A DNA stretch of 64,000 nucleotides from the human T2T-CHM13v2.0 reference genome, Homo sapiens (GCF_009914755.1 NC_060927.1), one strand, 5' to 3'. Shown: positions 17,975 through 33,499, numbered from the stretch's first letter. The notes: a model not told the origin generated them from the sequence alone. Program-made: numbers and translations.

Positions 17975-18189
17975 GTTTATTTGTTTATAATAATAGTAAC
18001 AAGAGAAGGCGGGGGACATCACAATAATCTACTCCCACCCCCTTTGTAAACTAAAATGCTACTTCCTTTATACCTGTGAGACTATCTAAAACAATTCAGA
18101 AGCTGACGCTCCTGTTCGCCAAAACAGATGTGGGGAAAAAAATCCTGCTCGGATTTTATTAGAAGCCAAGGACTTTCCTCATTCTCTCT

Positions 18190-18750
18190 CTCTGGTTACT
18201 AATGCTCCAAAATAAGCCACCTCAACTTTGTGGCATAAAACAACCCTTTCATTATGCTCACGGTTCTGTGGTTCAGGAAGTCAGACAGAAATGGGGACAG
18301 TTTGACTCCACAGTGTCTGGGGCTTCAGTTGGGGGTGACTTGATGGCTAAAGGCTGGAATATCCGGAGGCATCTTCACTCGCATGTCTAGAGGTTGACAC
18401 TGGCTGTCGGCCGAAACACCTACACGTGGCCTCTCTGCGTGGTCTCTCTGTGTGGGCTTAGTTTGGGCTTCCTCATAGCATGGTGGCTGGGATCCAGGAA
18501 CAAGCATCCCAAGATAGCAAGGCAGAAGCACATGGCATTTTTACGGTCCTGCCTCAAGAGTCACATGGTGTGACTTTCTGTCATACTCTGTTGGTCCAGA
18601 TAATCACAAAGGTCTGTCCAGGTTTAAAAGGATGGTATATAGACATCACCTTCCCCACTCCCATGGAAGCACAGTCAAGTTCACATTGTATCTGGCATGG
18701 GAGCTATTTTTTGCCACCAACTTTGGGAAAAAAATGCAATCTGCCATTGC
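18190..18750 (-). mobile_element. MLT1 (MaLR) solo LTR, near full length
   Basis: CTTTGTGGCATAAAACAAC...GCTCACGGTTCTGTGG...GGGCTTCCTCATAGCATGGTGGCTGG are typical MLT1 blocks. Confidence 0.8.
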
Positions 18751-20451
18751 AGACAAACCACTGATAGATGAAATCCCATGAACAAGGTAAGTCCAAAAAT
18801 TCTGAGTCTCAGGCATCTTCGACTATCGCAGATTTAAAGCAAACTCTGACAGGCAAAAGATCACAGGAGAGAGCTAGAAGAATGGGGTTTTAGCCACAGA
18901 AGCCCACCAAGGTGCCTTTGAAGCCATGATTACAAACACTACTCCTGGCAACAATTAGAAGGGTCCTCAACATATACTATTGTATATACCTTTGCTGTTT
19001 TATTGCAGCTTGGTTCCTTCTGTATCCCATTGACATCTGATTTAATGTACAAGAGTATTAAAACATCTGCTGAATTATAATTCCAAAGTTCAGATGACAT
19101 CAAGATAAAATCTATGAAACTATGAATTTGCCATGTTAAATGGCTTTTTTATTTTTAATGGATCACAGAGGGCAGCTGTTTTAAAGCAGTCCCATATGCA
19201 AAGCTGTGGGTTAGGTTTAACTAAGAATCAATGTGACCTACAGATCTTTGAATGTGTTGCAAGGGAGACCACAGTCTTCAATAATGCTGCATCTCCCAGC
19301 AGGCTGCTTTTGGGCCAAGCAGGAGATGGGGAGGCAGAGAAGATCATCTGCAATGAGTGGCCCATATCTTGATTTTCTTTTGTCTCAACCTAAAAATGAT
19401 ACTACAGGCTCTTCCTATGTTTTAAGGACAAAATAGGCCCACCTTTCAGACTTCTGGTTACATCACTAAGCAGGAACACCATTCCCATCAGGATAATATC
19501 CTCATCTTATAAGTAACAGCCTCATCCTCAGCTGTTCAAAATCAATATTCACAGCCTCTTTGCCTCTCCTCACCCACTAAGAAAATCTTTAGCACTTCCC
19601 ACTCAGCACTAACCCCATTCCTAAATCTCCCACGCCTTCCCCTTGTGTCTTACTATACATATTGAGGCCATCAGTGTGTGTGAGTGGAAGGGGGGAAATC
19701 AAAGGGAGAGAAGAAAATAGCTGAAGGACAAAGACAAGGAAAGAAGATGACACAAAAAGGAATGGCAGCACCATGCCAGGGAGAGATTTGGTAGAGGACA
19801 AGAAACATACCACAAAGAGATCTTCCATGCATCTCCCATGGATCTACCAGGAATCTAGAGATGGAATGATGACAAATAAACAGAGAGGGAAAGGGCACTT
19901 AGGAAGGGCTGCAAAAGGGAATCACCTGACTTCCAATAAGATTGCAATCACTTCTAGGGTTGGTTCCTGGACTGGATTTCTTTGAATGACACACTGGGCC
20001 TCGAGTCAGTCACTTCAAAACTCTGGATTTACTTGGGTTATGTTGAGCTGATAAAAAATTATATTTAGAGAGATCAGTAATTTGTTAAGTGACAACTCAA
20101 TTCTTCCCATCACTGAAATTTGTGACTTTACCACTACCAGACACAGCCAAGTAAACAGAAATCTATCACATTCATTTAGCCCTTATTGTCTATTGCTCAT
20201 GAGGATTTAGCTGTTCACCAGACAGGAACCAGCAACCAGTATGGAAGCACTTGTGTGGCTGGCTGCTATATGAATAATGTCAGCAAATGTGAATTAACTC
20301 ATGAGAGGCTGAAAAACTATTACTGCCAGTATTGGATACGACAAAAAATGAAATCCCACCTTCTAAAGACAGAAAGTTGCCCAGCATTTTATTTCGAATG
20401 TTAAAGTCTTAAAAGCTTCTCCTAAAGTCAAACAAGTAACTTTTCACTTGT

Positions 20452-20560
20452 GACACATATATACACACATATAGGTATACATGTATATGTGTTTATGTGT
20501 AGGTATATATGTATATATGTGTGTATGGGTATGTATATGTGTCTATACATATACATATGA
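20452..20560. repeat. Low-complexity (TA/TG/CA) repeat
   Basis: Degenerate alternating dinucleotides. Confidence 0.85.
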
Positions 20561-20839
20561 GTAAGACAAACTAGAATGGTTTATTTTCAGCATATGTCAA
20601 ACCCTAGGCAATGCTGAAGTAAAGCTTTTTCATCTGTTTAGACTCTGATCATCCTATGGTACCAGAACTTTAAGGAGGTTTCTAATGATGTCACATATAA
20701 TACTGTCGTTTAAAGAAAGTATGACATAAAAACATATCAACACACAGACACATAAATAAAACAGGGGAATGGGATTATGAGTTTTAAATTTTTGTTTCAG
20801 TTTTTTCTTGGTTTAGCGGTCCTCTCTTTGAAGAACATG

Positions 20840-21179
20840 GTTTTGTTTTGTTTTGTTTTGTTTTGTTTTGTTTTGTTTTGTTTATTAGAGATGCAGTATC
20901 ACTCTCTCACCCAGTCTGGAATGTAGTAGCTCAATCATAGCTCACTGCAACCTCAAATTCCTAGGCTCAAGTGATCTTCCCACCTCAGCCTCCCAAGTAG
21001 CTAGAACTACAGGTGCATGTCACCATGCCCAGCTATTTATTTATTTATTTATTTATTTATGTAGAAACAGAGTCCCACTTCGTTGCCTAGGCTGGTCTCA
21101 AACTCCTGGCTTCAAGCAATTCTCCCACCTCGACCTCCCAAAGTGCTGAGATTACAGGTGTGAGCCACCACGCCTGGCC
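20840..21179 (-). mobile_element. Alu (AluJ-like) with (TTTTG)n tail and (TTTA)n linker microsatellites
   Basis: Reverse Alu; arrays at about 20840-20882 and 21034-21060. Confidence 0.92.
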
Positions 21180-21927
21180 TGAAGATCACATATGTCACGT
21201 AAAGTCAGTTAAGCTTGACTACACTCAGGGTACAGTGCAGATGCTGGGTCCCATGGCGCTCAAGAGGGAAGGAGTCCCTGGACCTGCCTTGGTAGAACTT
21301 TATCAGTTCTATCTCATTGTCTCCTTTAAGCCCCACGGCGATCCTATCTTCCCAATGACACACTGTCTCTTTTCCTATATCATTAACAGGTAAGAATCAA
21401 GTTGTAAACAGAAGAATTAGGAAGCCAAAAAGCAGGAAAGCTGAGCAACACACTCAAAATCTAATCGGTGCCTGAGAAATCAGGAATTGACTCTAAACAC
21501 TTGGACACAGCATGTCACCAACACAGTCCAACTCTAGTGAGGAGGAGGAGAGCGAGGAAGAGGAAACTCAAGAGCATAAATGTGCAGGATAAGGGAAATG
21601 GTGCAAGGCTGAAGAGAAATTCCTTAACTGCATCCTAAGCAGCTGTTGTCAGTAGGTCTGTTGCTGATGCTTCCGAGGAAACATTTCAGGACCATTTATC
21701 AAGGGAACTGGTAGCAGTAATATGGATGGGCTTGACTCAAACAAGAAAATATACTGCAGACAACAAGGAACATAGCTCATAAGTGAGATGAGCCCTAGTA
21801 CAGCAATAACCATTTCAGTGTTGCTATACTTTCCTTAGGGCAGAAGAGAAGGAAAGATACTAAATTGGAGGAGGGAAGAATGTGTGCCCCACACACTAGT
21901 CCTCTGGAGCTTATCTGGCTCCATAGA

Positions 21928-22260
<333 letters not shown>

Positions 22261-23255
22261 TAGTTCATAGGACCAGCATCAGCATCACGTGGGAGTTTGT
22301 TAGAGATGCCCAACCTGGGCCTACTGAATCAGGACCTGCATCCCCAGATAATTCACAAGCACAGTCAACGTGTGAATTTACAATGCTGGGCCCTACACCA
22401 TCTGGTGAACTGAGAGATTTCAATCTTTTCCTCATCTCCTCCTCCATTTAGTCTCTAAAACATGAGCACCCACCACATGTAGGCACTATACCTGGCAGGC
22501 ACAGCAATGCCCTTGACCCTCACGCAGCTCAGAGCTGGGCATTCTGGGGAACAGACACAACCCATACAACCACAAACGCACATAAAGATACAACTGAGTG
22601 GCAAGTGCTGCAAAAGGGAAACAAGTGGTCTTATGAGAGCATTAAACAAGATGAGATTCTGTCAGGCCAGGATCCCTGGAGAAAATGATGTTAGAATTGA
22701 AATCTGCAGGATGACTACATATTAAGTAGGAAGAGTATGGGGGGGGCAGGGAACAGTGTCCAGCCAAAGAGGAAAGGCTTGTGCAAAGACCCCATGGCAT
22801 ACCACATTACAGGAACGACAAGAGAACACCACATGTACAATGAAGCTGGCCAGGGGGGCAGGGGCCAGACCATGAGGGCTCTTGTAGCTCTAAATACTTT
22901 GATCCTAAGAACAGAGAGAAGCCCTGAGAGGCTTTAAGCAGGGTATGCCAGGTTAGAGAAAAGAAGGTATAGGCAGATCCCAGGAATTTTACTGAGGAAG
23001 CAGGTCTCAGACCCCAGCTATCCCCATTTGTATAAAAGTTTATCTTCCCTTCCCTTCTAACCCAGGGCCGTATCAGGCGTAAGCCGGCCTGCCTGCCACC
23101 AACCCCACAAGACAAACTGAGCCCCTTTCCTACCAAAGAAATAAGCAAGAAGTGCCCCAGTGCTAAAGCAAAAGAAAAACACACACAAAGATGAATATGC
23201 CTGGTGGCTGCCCCAGGACATTGGAGGGAGTGATGCATAGTACTTCAGATTCTTA

Positions 23256-23560
<305 letters not shown>

Positions 23561-23822
23561 GTAAGGAATATCTGAATTCAAGACCTGGTTCTACCCCTGA
23601 CTACCTACACAAGGTAAACTTTCCAAGGCTCCTAAGAATGCCTAACGATACCTACATAATAATGTTACTGAGAGAATTAAACAGTAGTGTCTACAAAGCT
23701 CTAAGCATGAAACTTAACACATAGTAGGTGTTCAATAAAAAATGTATATCTTTACACAGCACTGTGGTTCTCAACCTGCCCTCATGAGCACATTAACTCT
23801 TCAACCTAAAAGAATCATTGTT

Positions 23823-24142
23823 GGCTGGGTGCAGTGGCTCACATCCATAATCCCAGCACTTTGGGAGGCCGAGATAGGTGAGGCAGGTGGATTGCTTGAG
23901 GTCAGGAGTTCCAGACCAGCCTGGTTAACATGGTGAAACCCTGTCTCTACTAAAAATACAAAAATGAGATGGGTATGCTGGTGGGTGCCTGTAATCCCAG
24001 TTACTCAGCAGGCTGAGGTAGGAGAATCGCTTGAACCCGGGAGGTGGAAGTTGCAGAGAGCTGAGATTGTCCCAGTGTACTCCAGCCTGGGTGACAAAGT
24101 GATACTCTCCGTCTCAAAAAAAAAAAAAAAAAAAAAAAAAAA
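23823..24142 (+). mobile_element. Alu (AluS-like)
   Basis: Full dimer; TSD AAAAGAATCATTGTT. Confidence 0.95.
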
Positions 24143-25534
24143 AGAATCATTGTTTATTTTTAAAAACAATAACGACTAACATATAGAAAATGCTTAGCCA
24201 CAACATTAAGCAATGCTAAGCATCACATGTATTAGTAAGTCATCACAATAACACTATGAAATGGGTGCTGCTATTAACTCCATTTTACAACAAAAAGTAT
24301 ACAGAAAGTAAGGAGCCTGCTCAGGTACTGAGTGTGAGTCTCTGTTCTGTGGTGCCTTGGCCACTCCTCAGGGCTCCCAATATGCATATCCCTAGGCAAT
24401 AACTTGGGCAATTCACAAAGTGCTTTCCCCCTTATTCTAGGTCTCCTTGAACTACGGAACTCTTAGCATGATACTCACTGATGCCCAACAAGCCTGCTTC
24501 ACTCAAGTAAAAGGCTGAATGAAAGAAACTGCCTCTTGAAAGAATCTGATCCTCTGACCAGGGTGCAGGCCGGCAGATGATAAGAGGCTGAAAACAAGCA
24601 CACTTCTAGGCGTTCCTCACTTACACCATTATAATGAAACGAAGCTTTCTCTGGCTATATGGGGCTCTGATGTCATTAGTAGGACAGCTCTTTGAAAATC
24701 CCAAACACCCAAATTTTGATAAAATCTAACTTTCTTTTCAGAATTTCCAGTTTGTGGTATTTGGAGAAGTCCCATAACCCCTACATGAACTGAACTGTGT
24801 TTATTTCCAAATTTTCTGCACACCACTCACTACCAACTTGGTGTTTACAAAGCACCTTTGCCCTCAGGATTTCCAGGCAGTGATAAAAGCATAGAGCAAA
24901 TATTTTATGGCCGGTCTCATCCTAGTGCCGTAGCGGGTACACAGAATGCCAGCCAGCTGTAAGCAAAGGGGCAGGACTTGAAAGCTTTCTCAGAGGAAGC
25001 CAAGTGTTACCTGTGGTATTTAAATGGAAAGAGGCCTGTTGAGTCAAGTGCCTTCCCAGGGAACTGGAGGCACACCAATTTGCCCAAAGTCATCCCTGGC
25101 TGGGGAATATAATAGAGGGCTAGAGTTCAGACTTTTCTTCCAGCTGATGATTCATTTAGGACAAAAGAATTTACCTTTCCTTTCAACTCTCTGTGACAAA
25201 AGGTTGGAGATACCAGAGGAAGCCAATTCAGCTAACTTCAAGGGTGTCCCCACATGGCAGCACACATAAATGCGCCAAAGGGAAAATGAAAGGGAACGGC
25301 CCAAGTATTCTTTTCTCGACAACAAACGTTGCAACAGTCCTAGAGCGACGAAAAGATAGGTTTGAAAGCTAGTCAAACATGAGCTCAAATCCAAGCACAC
25401 CCACTTCCCAGATGTGTGTTCTTGGTCATGTTACTGAAGAAGGTGGTGCTTATTAAGCCAATTACACACACACAAACATACACCCCTATGTCATATGCCC
25501 ACATGCAGTGAACACTATGCTGTACTATGCCACC

Positions 25535-25870
25535 CGCCTCCAGGATCCCCCTCCAAGACTTGTGTTGGCTGCAGAGAGTCACCTTCCCTGAGGTCACATA
25601 GCCTTCCCAGAACAGCCGCCTCCAATCCTTGTTGACTTGAGGGTATACAAGCCTTGCCCTATCATCCCAACCCAGGACAATACTGAAGAACCATCTCAAT
25701 GTCAGAGCTTCCTGCAGGTCGGCTGGGCCTTGGTTGAGACGACTTCACAGCCTAACTTCTCCTCCAGCCCAATTCCTTCAACAGGAATTGATTCCAAAAG
25801 CATTCCCTAACCAATGTCCTATATGGTAATCATCTCTGAGTTTGCTTTCCAGGAAGCCAGACAATATGCT
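25535..25870 (+). mobile_element. LTR16-like ERVL LTR fragment
   Basis: CAGAGCTTCCTGCAGGTCGGCTG...CTTCTCCTCCAGCCCAATTCC...CATCTCTGAGTTTGCTTTCCAGGAA resembles recalled LTR16A/B. Confidence 0.6.
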
Positions 25871-26494
25871 GAACCAAAAAAAAAAAAAAAAACTGGAATG
25901 AGAGATAGTGAAGTATGGCCAGGTAATAGTATTAAGTTATTTGGATTGTCCTTTTTTCAAGGTCAAGTAAAATGCAATTCTAGCGAAAAAAATGAGTTAA
26001 CTTTTTTAAAGGGCAATAGGATACCCAACAGATGTCCAATACTTCCTTTTTCCTTAGCTGTAACTCCCCCTACATCACACAACCTTGTCTATATCGATTT
26101 GCTTTTGCTTGTTTTAGTTAGGATGGGCAACAAAATGGTATTTCAAAGTTACATCCTTCAAATTCAAAAGAATGACAGCCACTGAAACATTCTATGCTCA
26201 GTTAACCCAAAACACCAAACTTCCAGATGCATACAGGCTTTAATCTGTCAAACTTTTAAGTAAACTTTTCTTGGACAAGTTATCAAGTAACATCTTAGAA
26301 ATTATTTTTTTAGCAGAGGGCAAATAAAAAGGAATTACACCATGATCCACTCAACTTGAATAATACAAACTATACTTTATGCAGTAAACATTCATTCCAA
26401 GTTTTTCCTATAAATATAAATATGAGAAGAGGTAGTATTAAAAGTTCCATATCACCAGTCTTACCTTGAAACAAAAAAAAAATATTAAGACTCA

Positions 26495-26851
<357 letters not shown>

Positions 26852-27161
26852 CTAGCACAGTGCCTGGCACATCAGAAGTGCCCCTGTAATGTCCGGTAAA
26901 TCTGAATCACTGCTATTTTTTAACTGCAGCTCTTTCCCACCCATCCCCATTTCCTCTAGGGTTTTACTGGGAAGCAAAGAAAAGAGGAACCTAGCCAACT
27001 CTGAAGCCCACTCTAGGTCAATAGTTTGCATGTAGCTCATTTAATAATTTTAACTCCTATTGTGTCTAAATTTATGTTTGAGGAACCCAGGGGTGGGGAG
27101 GGTCACAGTTTTAAATTTTTTAAAAAGGTGTGCTGTTTTCCCAAAGAAGAACTTCAATTCT

Positions 27162-27907
<746 letters not shown>

Positions 27908-28167
27908 TCAATGATTTGACTGAAGACTTATTTAAGTAAAACGGAGATACTCATACACCTGACGAAAAGAAAAAAGGTAACTTCTCCCCTGATAAAGACC
28001 ATGCAATGGTGGCTCCGCAGTGAACCACTACATAATGTATCAGGGCCATCTTCCTCAATTTCCCTCATAAAAATAATACCTGCTTGCTGTAAACTACACC
28101 AACGAGTCACCTATGTCACGGCCCATTTCCCATTTCTCTTGCCCCAATTCCAATCCTCAGAGGAAGG

Positions 28168-28299
28168 TAGGGTAAACACATAATTCACCATCCAAAGCAG
28201 TTCACCAAACACTGAAAGAGGGTACTATTAATAATTATACCAGAACAACAGGTGTAAACCAGATATTTCCCAAACAAACCGAGACATATGGTCACCCTT
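28168..28299. mobile_element. MER94-like hAT-Blackjack MITE
   Basis: Termini TAGGGTAAAC...ATATGGTCACCCT; internal CTATTAATAATTA...ACAACAGGTGTAAACC. Confidence 0.7.
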
Positions 28300-28389
28300 C
28301 TCAGAGGTAGCCACAGGGAACATATCCTTGTTGTTCCAGATCTTTTTTTATTTTTAAGGCACACACAAGCATACCCAACCAGGTCAGCA

Positions 28390-28830
28390 GTAGCTGTGAT
28401 ATAACAATGGGATCATCCTATAGATGCTGTCTCTTACTTTTTTATTTAATATATCATCATCTGTTTACACGTCAGGACAGAGATCCACCTCACTTTTTTA
28501 ACTGACTACAGAATAAGCCACTGTAGGGAGATACCATATAATTTTTCAACCACCCACAACACATATAAGCCAACTTGAAATTTTTGTCTTTACAAGCAAT
28601 GCTATATAGAGAACACAGCCCCACATATATCTTTTATGAGTTTGAGTATTTCCAGAGAATAGGTTTCTAGTGGTAGAAAGGCTAGGTCAAAATGTTACCA
28701 TTTTTAATAGGTTCTTCTCAATACTCTCCAAAGAGGCCTTATCAAATCATTTCAAGACCAAGAGTTAATAAACACTTGTGAAATTCTGCCAGGCTGGTAA
28801 AGGACACATGCTATCTCATTCCGTCATTTT
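28390..28830 (-). mobile_element. Old L1M (L1ME-like) fragment
   Basis: Diverged L1 3' region in reverse. Confidence 0.5.
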
Positions 28831-29101
28831 CTTAAATGTTAACTTAAGACACTCTGGGTCCATGGTACACTTGGAATTTTCCTGCCTCCAGGCCTTTGCT
28901 CCCACTGTTGCCTCCACTTAGAATAACATTCCACCCCATCTCTATAAATATCCTACAGACAAATACTACCTTCCCCTTAAGGCCAGTTCTAACCCTAACT
29001 GACAACAAATCATCTCTACATGATCTTTTCCTTCTGGGAATGCCTGCAGCACTGTTTAATCCTGCCCCACCACCATCCCCTCACCCAGCACCCTCTCCCA
29101 G

Positions 29102-29252
29102 ACCAGACAGGGTGGCTCATGCCTGTAATCCCAGCACCTTGGGAGGCTGAGGCAGGAGGATTGCTTGAGCCCAGGAGTTCAAGACCAGCCTAGGCAATAT
29201 AGTGAGACCCTGTCTCTACAAAAAAAAAAAAAAAAATCTAAAAAATAAAAAT
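29102..29252 (+). mobile_element. Alu left monomer (FLAM-like)
   Basis: Single arm with A tail. Confidence 0.9.
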
Positions 29253-30767
29253 AGAAATACAAAGACATAATACACACGTACTAATTGATAAATTAAGACA
29301 GCTATGGTAAATAAAAATAAGCTTTGGATATATAAAAGACCTGGATATAAAGCCCTGGCTCTGCTGAGCCCAGTAAAGCACCTTACGTCCTGCAGGCATC
29401 CATTTCCTCATTGATAACTGTGGACGCAGCCAACCCCCTCCCAGCCTGAACCTAAGAACCTGGTTTGTTTCCCAACTTTGCCTACCATTAACAGCAGTGA
29501 AAAAAAAAAATCTTAACTCCTCTGTGCCTCAATTTCCTACTCTCAAAAATGGGAATGATTATAACACATTTCATAGAGCTGATTGAGAAGTAAATGAGTT
29601 GATAAAAAGCACTTCCAGTAAAGGATGGCATAGAGTAAGGGGTACATATATGCTAGATATTCTATAGCTACTGCCTTAAAATAACAATTAGATGATATTT
29701 TTTAAATATGCCAAAAAGTTTATAAGCAATAAATGTCTAGTAGCTTAATTTTTATCCCATCTACACTGGAATAATCAACAGAAAGAAAAATTGACCAAAC
29801 CAGGAAACTACCCTGACATAAAGTTTATTGGAAAATGTCTATACGCATTTTCTCTCTATCTGTACATCAATCATTCTAGAACACTAAAGACTCAGGGATC
29901 ACTTAATTGCTCTATCATCATTTGTAGCTTCCTACAGAGTGGTGACTAAATTGAGACTTCAAGAAATCGAAAGGAAATAACATGAGGACATAAAGACAGT
30001 ATACTTAGAATGTGTTTCTATCAAATATGCTCCATATAATTTGGTCCAACAAATTCAGCTCTATAAAATCTCAAAGGAGGTAGTGGTGCCAGGAAAGAAG
30101 ATAAAAACCCAGAGTGTTAAAACAGAAGTGTTTTGAGTCAATTACGAAGTCTATTCAGCGCCTCCACAAGCCTAGAATCAAGTGATCAGATTCAAAGGAG
30201 GAAAACTGACAAAATTAATATGGTAATAACTATCAGTTATTCAGTGTTGCCTTTGCTCTGTGTTCCATGCCGAGAGTTGACTGCATCATTTCATTGAATC
30301 CCTGTAGCAATCATATAAGATATGTGCTCTTATTACTGCTACTTCACAGAAGTAAAAACATGTACCCAAGGCCACATAGCAAGGAAGCAGCAGGACCAGA
30401 TTTGAACCCGGACTACATGAAATTCAAATCCTGTGCACATAATTACTGAGCATACAGCCTCCAAGCCAGAAAGGTGGAAGGGTCGACTGGGTCAAAGCTG
30501 ATGGCGGGACCGAAGAACAGCTGACCAATACACACACCCTTTGCAAAGAAGCGACGAGGACACGTTGCTGGCAAGGCTCTACTCTGGCAATATGTGCCCC
30601 AGCACCGGAGCTGGAGACTTTGGGTAAGTGGTGCTCCGGAGAGACCCAGGGAAAGTCAGGCAAAACTGAGCAAGAAAGAAAAGCAGAATGGAGGAGGTCA
30701 GGACATCAAGAAAATCTGACTCCACCTGCTTCCAAGGGGAGTGGGAAGATAAAAGTCAAATAGGACA

Positions 30768-31192
30768 AGGTGGAAACAACCCAATCTCCATCAACAGATG
30801 AAGGGTGAGCAAAATGGGGTACATACACAATGGAATATTATTCAGACTTTAGAAGGAAGGAAATTCTGACACGCTGCAGCGTGGATGAATCTTGAGGACA
30901 TTACACTAATTGAGATAAGCCAGTCGCAAAAGGGTAAACACTGTACGATTTCACTTATATGAGGTATCTGGAGTAGTCAAATTCACAGAGAAAGAAATTT
31001 AGAGGTCACCAGGGGCCAGGGGAAAGGGGAATGGGGAGTTGGTAATAGGCACAGTAGGAGAAGATGAAAAAGTTCTGGAGATGGATGGTGGTAATAACTG
31101 CATAATAACCTGAATATACTTAATGCCACTTAATTGTATAATTAAAATGGTTAATTTTATGTTATGTTACGTATATTTTACCACAATTTTGT
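30768..31192 (+). mobile_element. L1MB-like 3' end
   Basis: GGAAACAACCCAA...CAATGGAATATTATTCAG...GGATGAATCTTGAGGACATTA...GAAAAAGTTCTGGAGATGGATGGTGGT...TTTTACCACAATT. Confidence 0.88.
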
Positions 31193-33029
31193 TTAAGTCT
31201 CATAGAACCTTGCTACGTTCATGAAGTGCCAAGTTGCACTGCCGGGAACCCCAAGGAGAAAGTAGGAGTTAGTCAGTGCGGGAAGACGCAAGCACTTGTG
31301 TCTCAACACGCGCAGGGCGCGGCTGCAGATGGAAAAACCGGGAAGCTCCACGCTGCAATGAGCCAGGCTCGCAGTGAAACCATCGCCAAGGCACCAACGT
31401 CTCCCTCCCAACGGAGGGTGCAAGGAAGGGTGCCTGGCCTCAGCTTTCTTCAGATCAAACTCCAGGGGGTCACCTACCCTTAATTCACACAATGGTACAT
31501 CACACCCTGAAGGGGATCCTGCCACCTGTCACCAGGCAACAATGCAGCCTCCTGACGAACACCAAGCTAGAGGAAACCCACCGCTGTCACCTAATCTGCT
31601 GTCACCTAATCTCAGACAAGTAACAACTTCCAAGGCTCAGGGTTCTGACCGCTAAACTGGAGAGGATGGTACACACACTTCACAGCACGTGCTAAGGATG
31701 AAGGATGGTGCACGTGTGGCCCTCAGTGCAAAGCCTGAGTAGAGAGGCACTAAATCAAGCTCCACTATTGTTATCATCCGTATAGCTCTACTCTCCTCGG
31801 TTTTCACTTTCATACATGAAGCCCAACAGCCAGGTGACAGGACAGATTGGGCAGGTGAGAGCTGGAAGTCATCCCAACTTTGAAAAGAAAGGACTCTTAG
31901 GAAAACACAAAGAAGGAGGCAGAAACCATTAGAATAGTTAAACAATGAGAATGCTGAGAACCAACAAGCTGAGAGAAAAAGCAAACATCTTTACTCTTCT
32001 TTGGGAATTAATATCTGTAAATTGCTTTGTCTTGGACTCATTTATTTTTCCTCCTTTGATCTTGGTCAGAGATGCGGTCCACAATTTTTGGTGGTTGTGC
32101 TTCACGAACACACAACCAGGAGACAAAGATAAGGAAGGACACTTTGGTGGGGGGGGGGGGGTGTCTGCACATGCCCATTTAATGTTGTTTTCTTTTACAA
32201 GCCTGGCTGGAACAAAATACCTTTAACCTCCACTACACCCTCACCCCAACACACACAGGAGCAGCCCCTGCATATTTTCACACGTGTAACTTTCTGCTAC
32301 CACCAGGGGATGTAAAAGCAGAGTATTTTCTTCCAAAGACTGACTGCCTGGTTAACAGCATTTGGCCATACTCTAGTACCCCAGAGGTGACATCCCATTC
32401 TCTACCTTCCAACCAGGGTATTCAGTGCCAGGAGTTAAACCCTGGGATTCCAAAATTCTAGGCTAAGTGGCCTCCAGCCAGGCACAAAGAGCCAGGCATT
32501 TTTTTTTTAATAGATGCAGAAACTGAGGCACAGAGAGGTTAAGCAAGTGATCAAGGTCACACAGCCGGTAAGGGCTGGTGAAGGAATTGAAAATAGGCCA
32601 GTGACCACTGTAACCAGTAAACTATCTTGCCTCACATGGATCATGATCACCATCCCTTGTGGCTAGGTTCCAGGTGGACTTGGTACAGCCTTTGGTGGCC
32701 GCTGATGGGCTGGTGACCCTCTTTGCAGCCTTCTGCATTCTGAGTGCTCGGGGTCTTAATCAGCCACCTGAGCTCTGACTCTCACCTCACTCAGCACAGC
32801 ATGGGTTGGTCTCATTACTTACCTCCCATCCTCCTCTTTCAAGTCATTGCTTGTCAAGTTTTGCAAGAATGAGAACTGGCTGTCTGATCACCTCTCGCTC
32901 TTCCCTTTGGGAAGCCACAGTGTGTCTCCATTGTTCCCCAGAACTGTTCAAGGCTTCCGGTAAATTCTCGTATCTTCCCTGAGCCATATTGGAAGGTACC
33001 TACCCACACCAAGAAGGATGCCATCTTGA

Positions 33030-33245
33030 TTGGTTCATTCATTCACTCATTTATTCCACAAATGTTTATGCTGCTCAGCTGCCAGGTACTGCCTGGCCAT
33101 AAGGAGAGTAGAATACATGGATTATGGATCAGATTCCTGCTCTCAAGTGATTACACTCCAGTGGAACAGATAATAGGCAGGCTAACTTCAGATGGTGATG
33201 AGAGCTAAGAAGAAAATAAAGTGAGCTCAGGAGATGGTGAGTGAA
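33030..33245 (-). mobile_element. L2 3' end fragment
   Basis: TTCATTCATTCACTCATTTATTCC...TGCCAGGTACTG. Confidence 0.7.
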
Positions 33246-33273
33246 TCTATGGGGAATTCTGTGAGAACTAGAA

Positions 33274-33490
33274 GGCAGGGTTTCCCAATCTTGCTGCTAT
33301 TGGCATTTGGGCCAGATAAATCTTTGTTGGCAGTGGGCTCTCTGGTGCATTAAAGGATGTTTACAGTACCCCGACCCCTACCCCTCTATATACCAGTGGC
33401 ACTTCCCAGATGTAACAATCAAAACTGTCTTCAGACATTGCCAAATGTTCCCTGGAAAGGCAACATTACCTCAGTTGAAAACCACTGATC
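33274..33490. mobile_element. MER20 (hAT-Charlie)
   Basis: CAGGGTTTCCCAA...CAGACATTGCCAAATGTTCCCTGG...TTGAAAACCACTG. Confidence 0.85.
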
Positions 33491-33499
33491 TTGAATACT

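Noticed and set aside
22807-23238. 143-aa minus-strand ORF
   Set aside because: No recognisable homology or supporting splice structure; partly in old L2-like sequence.
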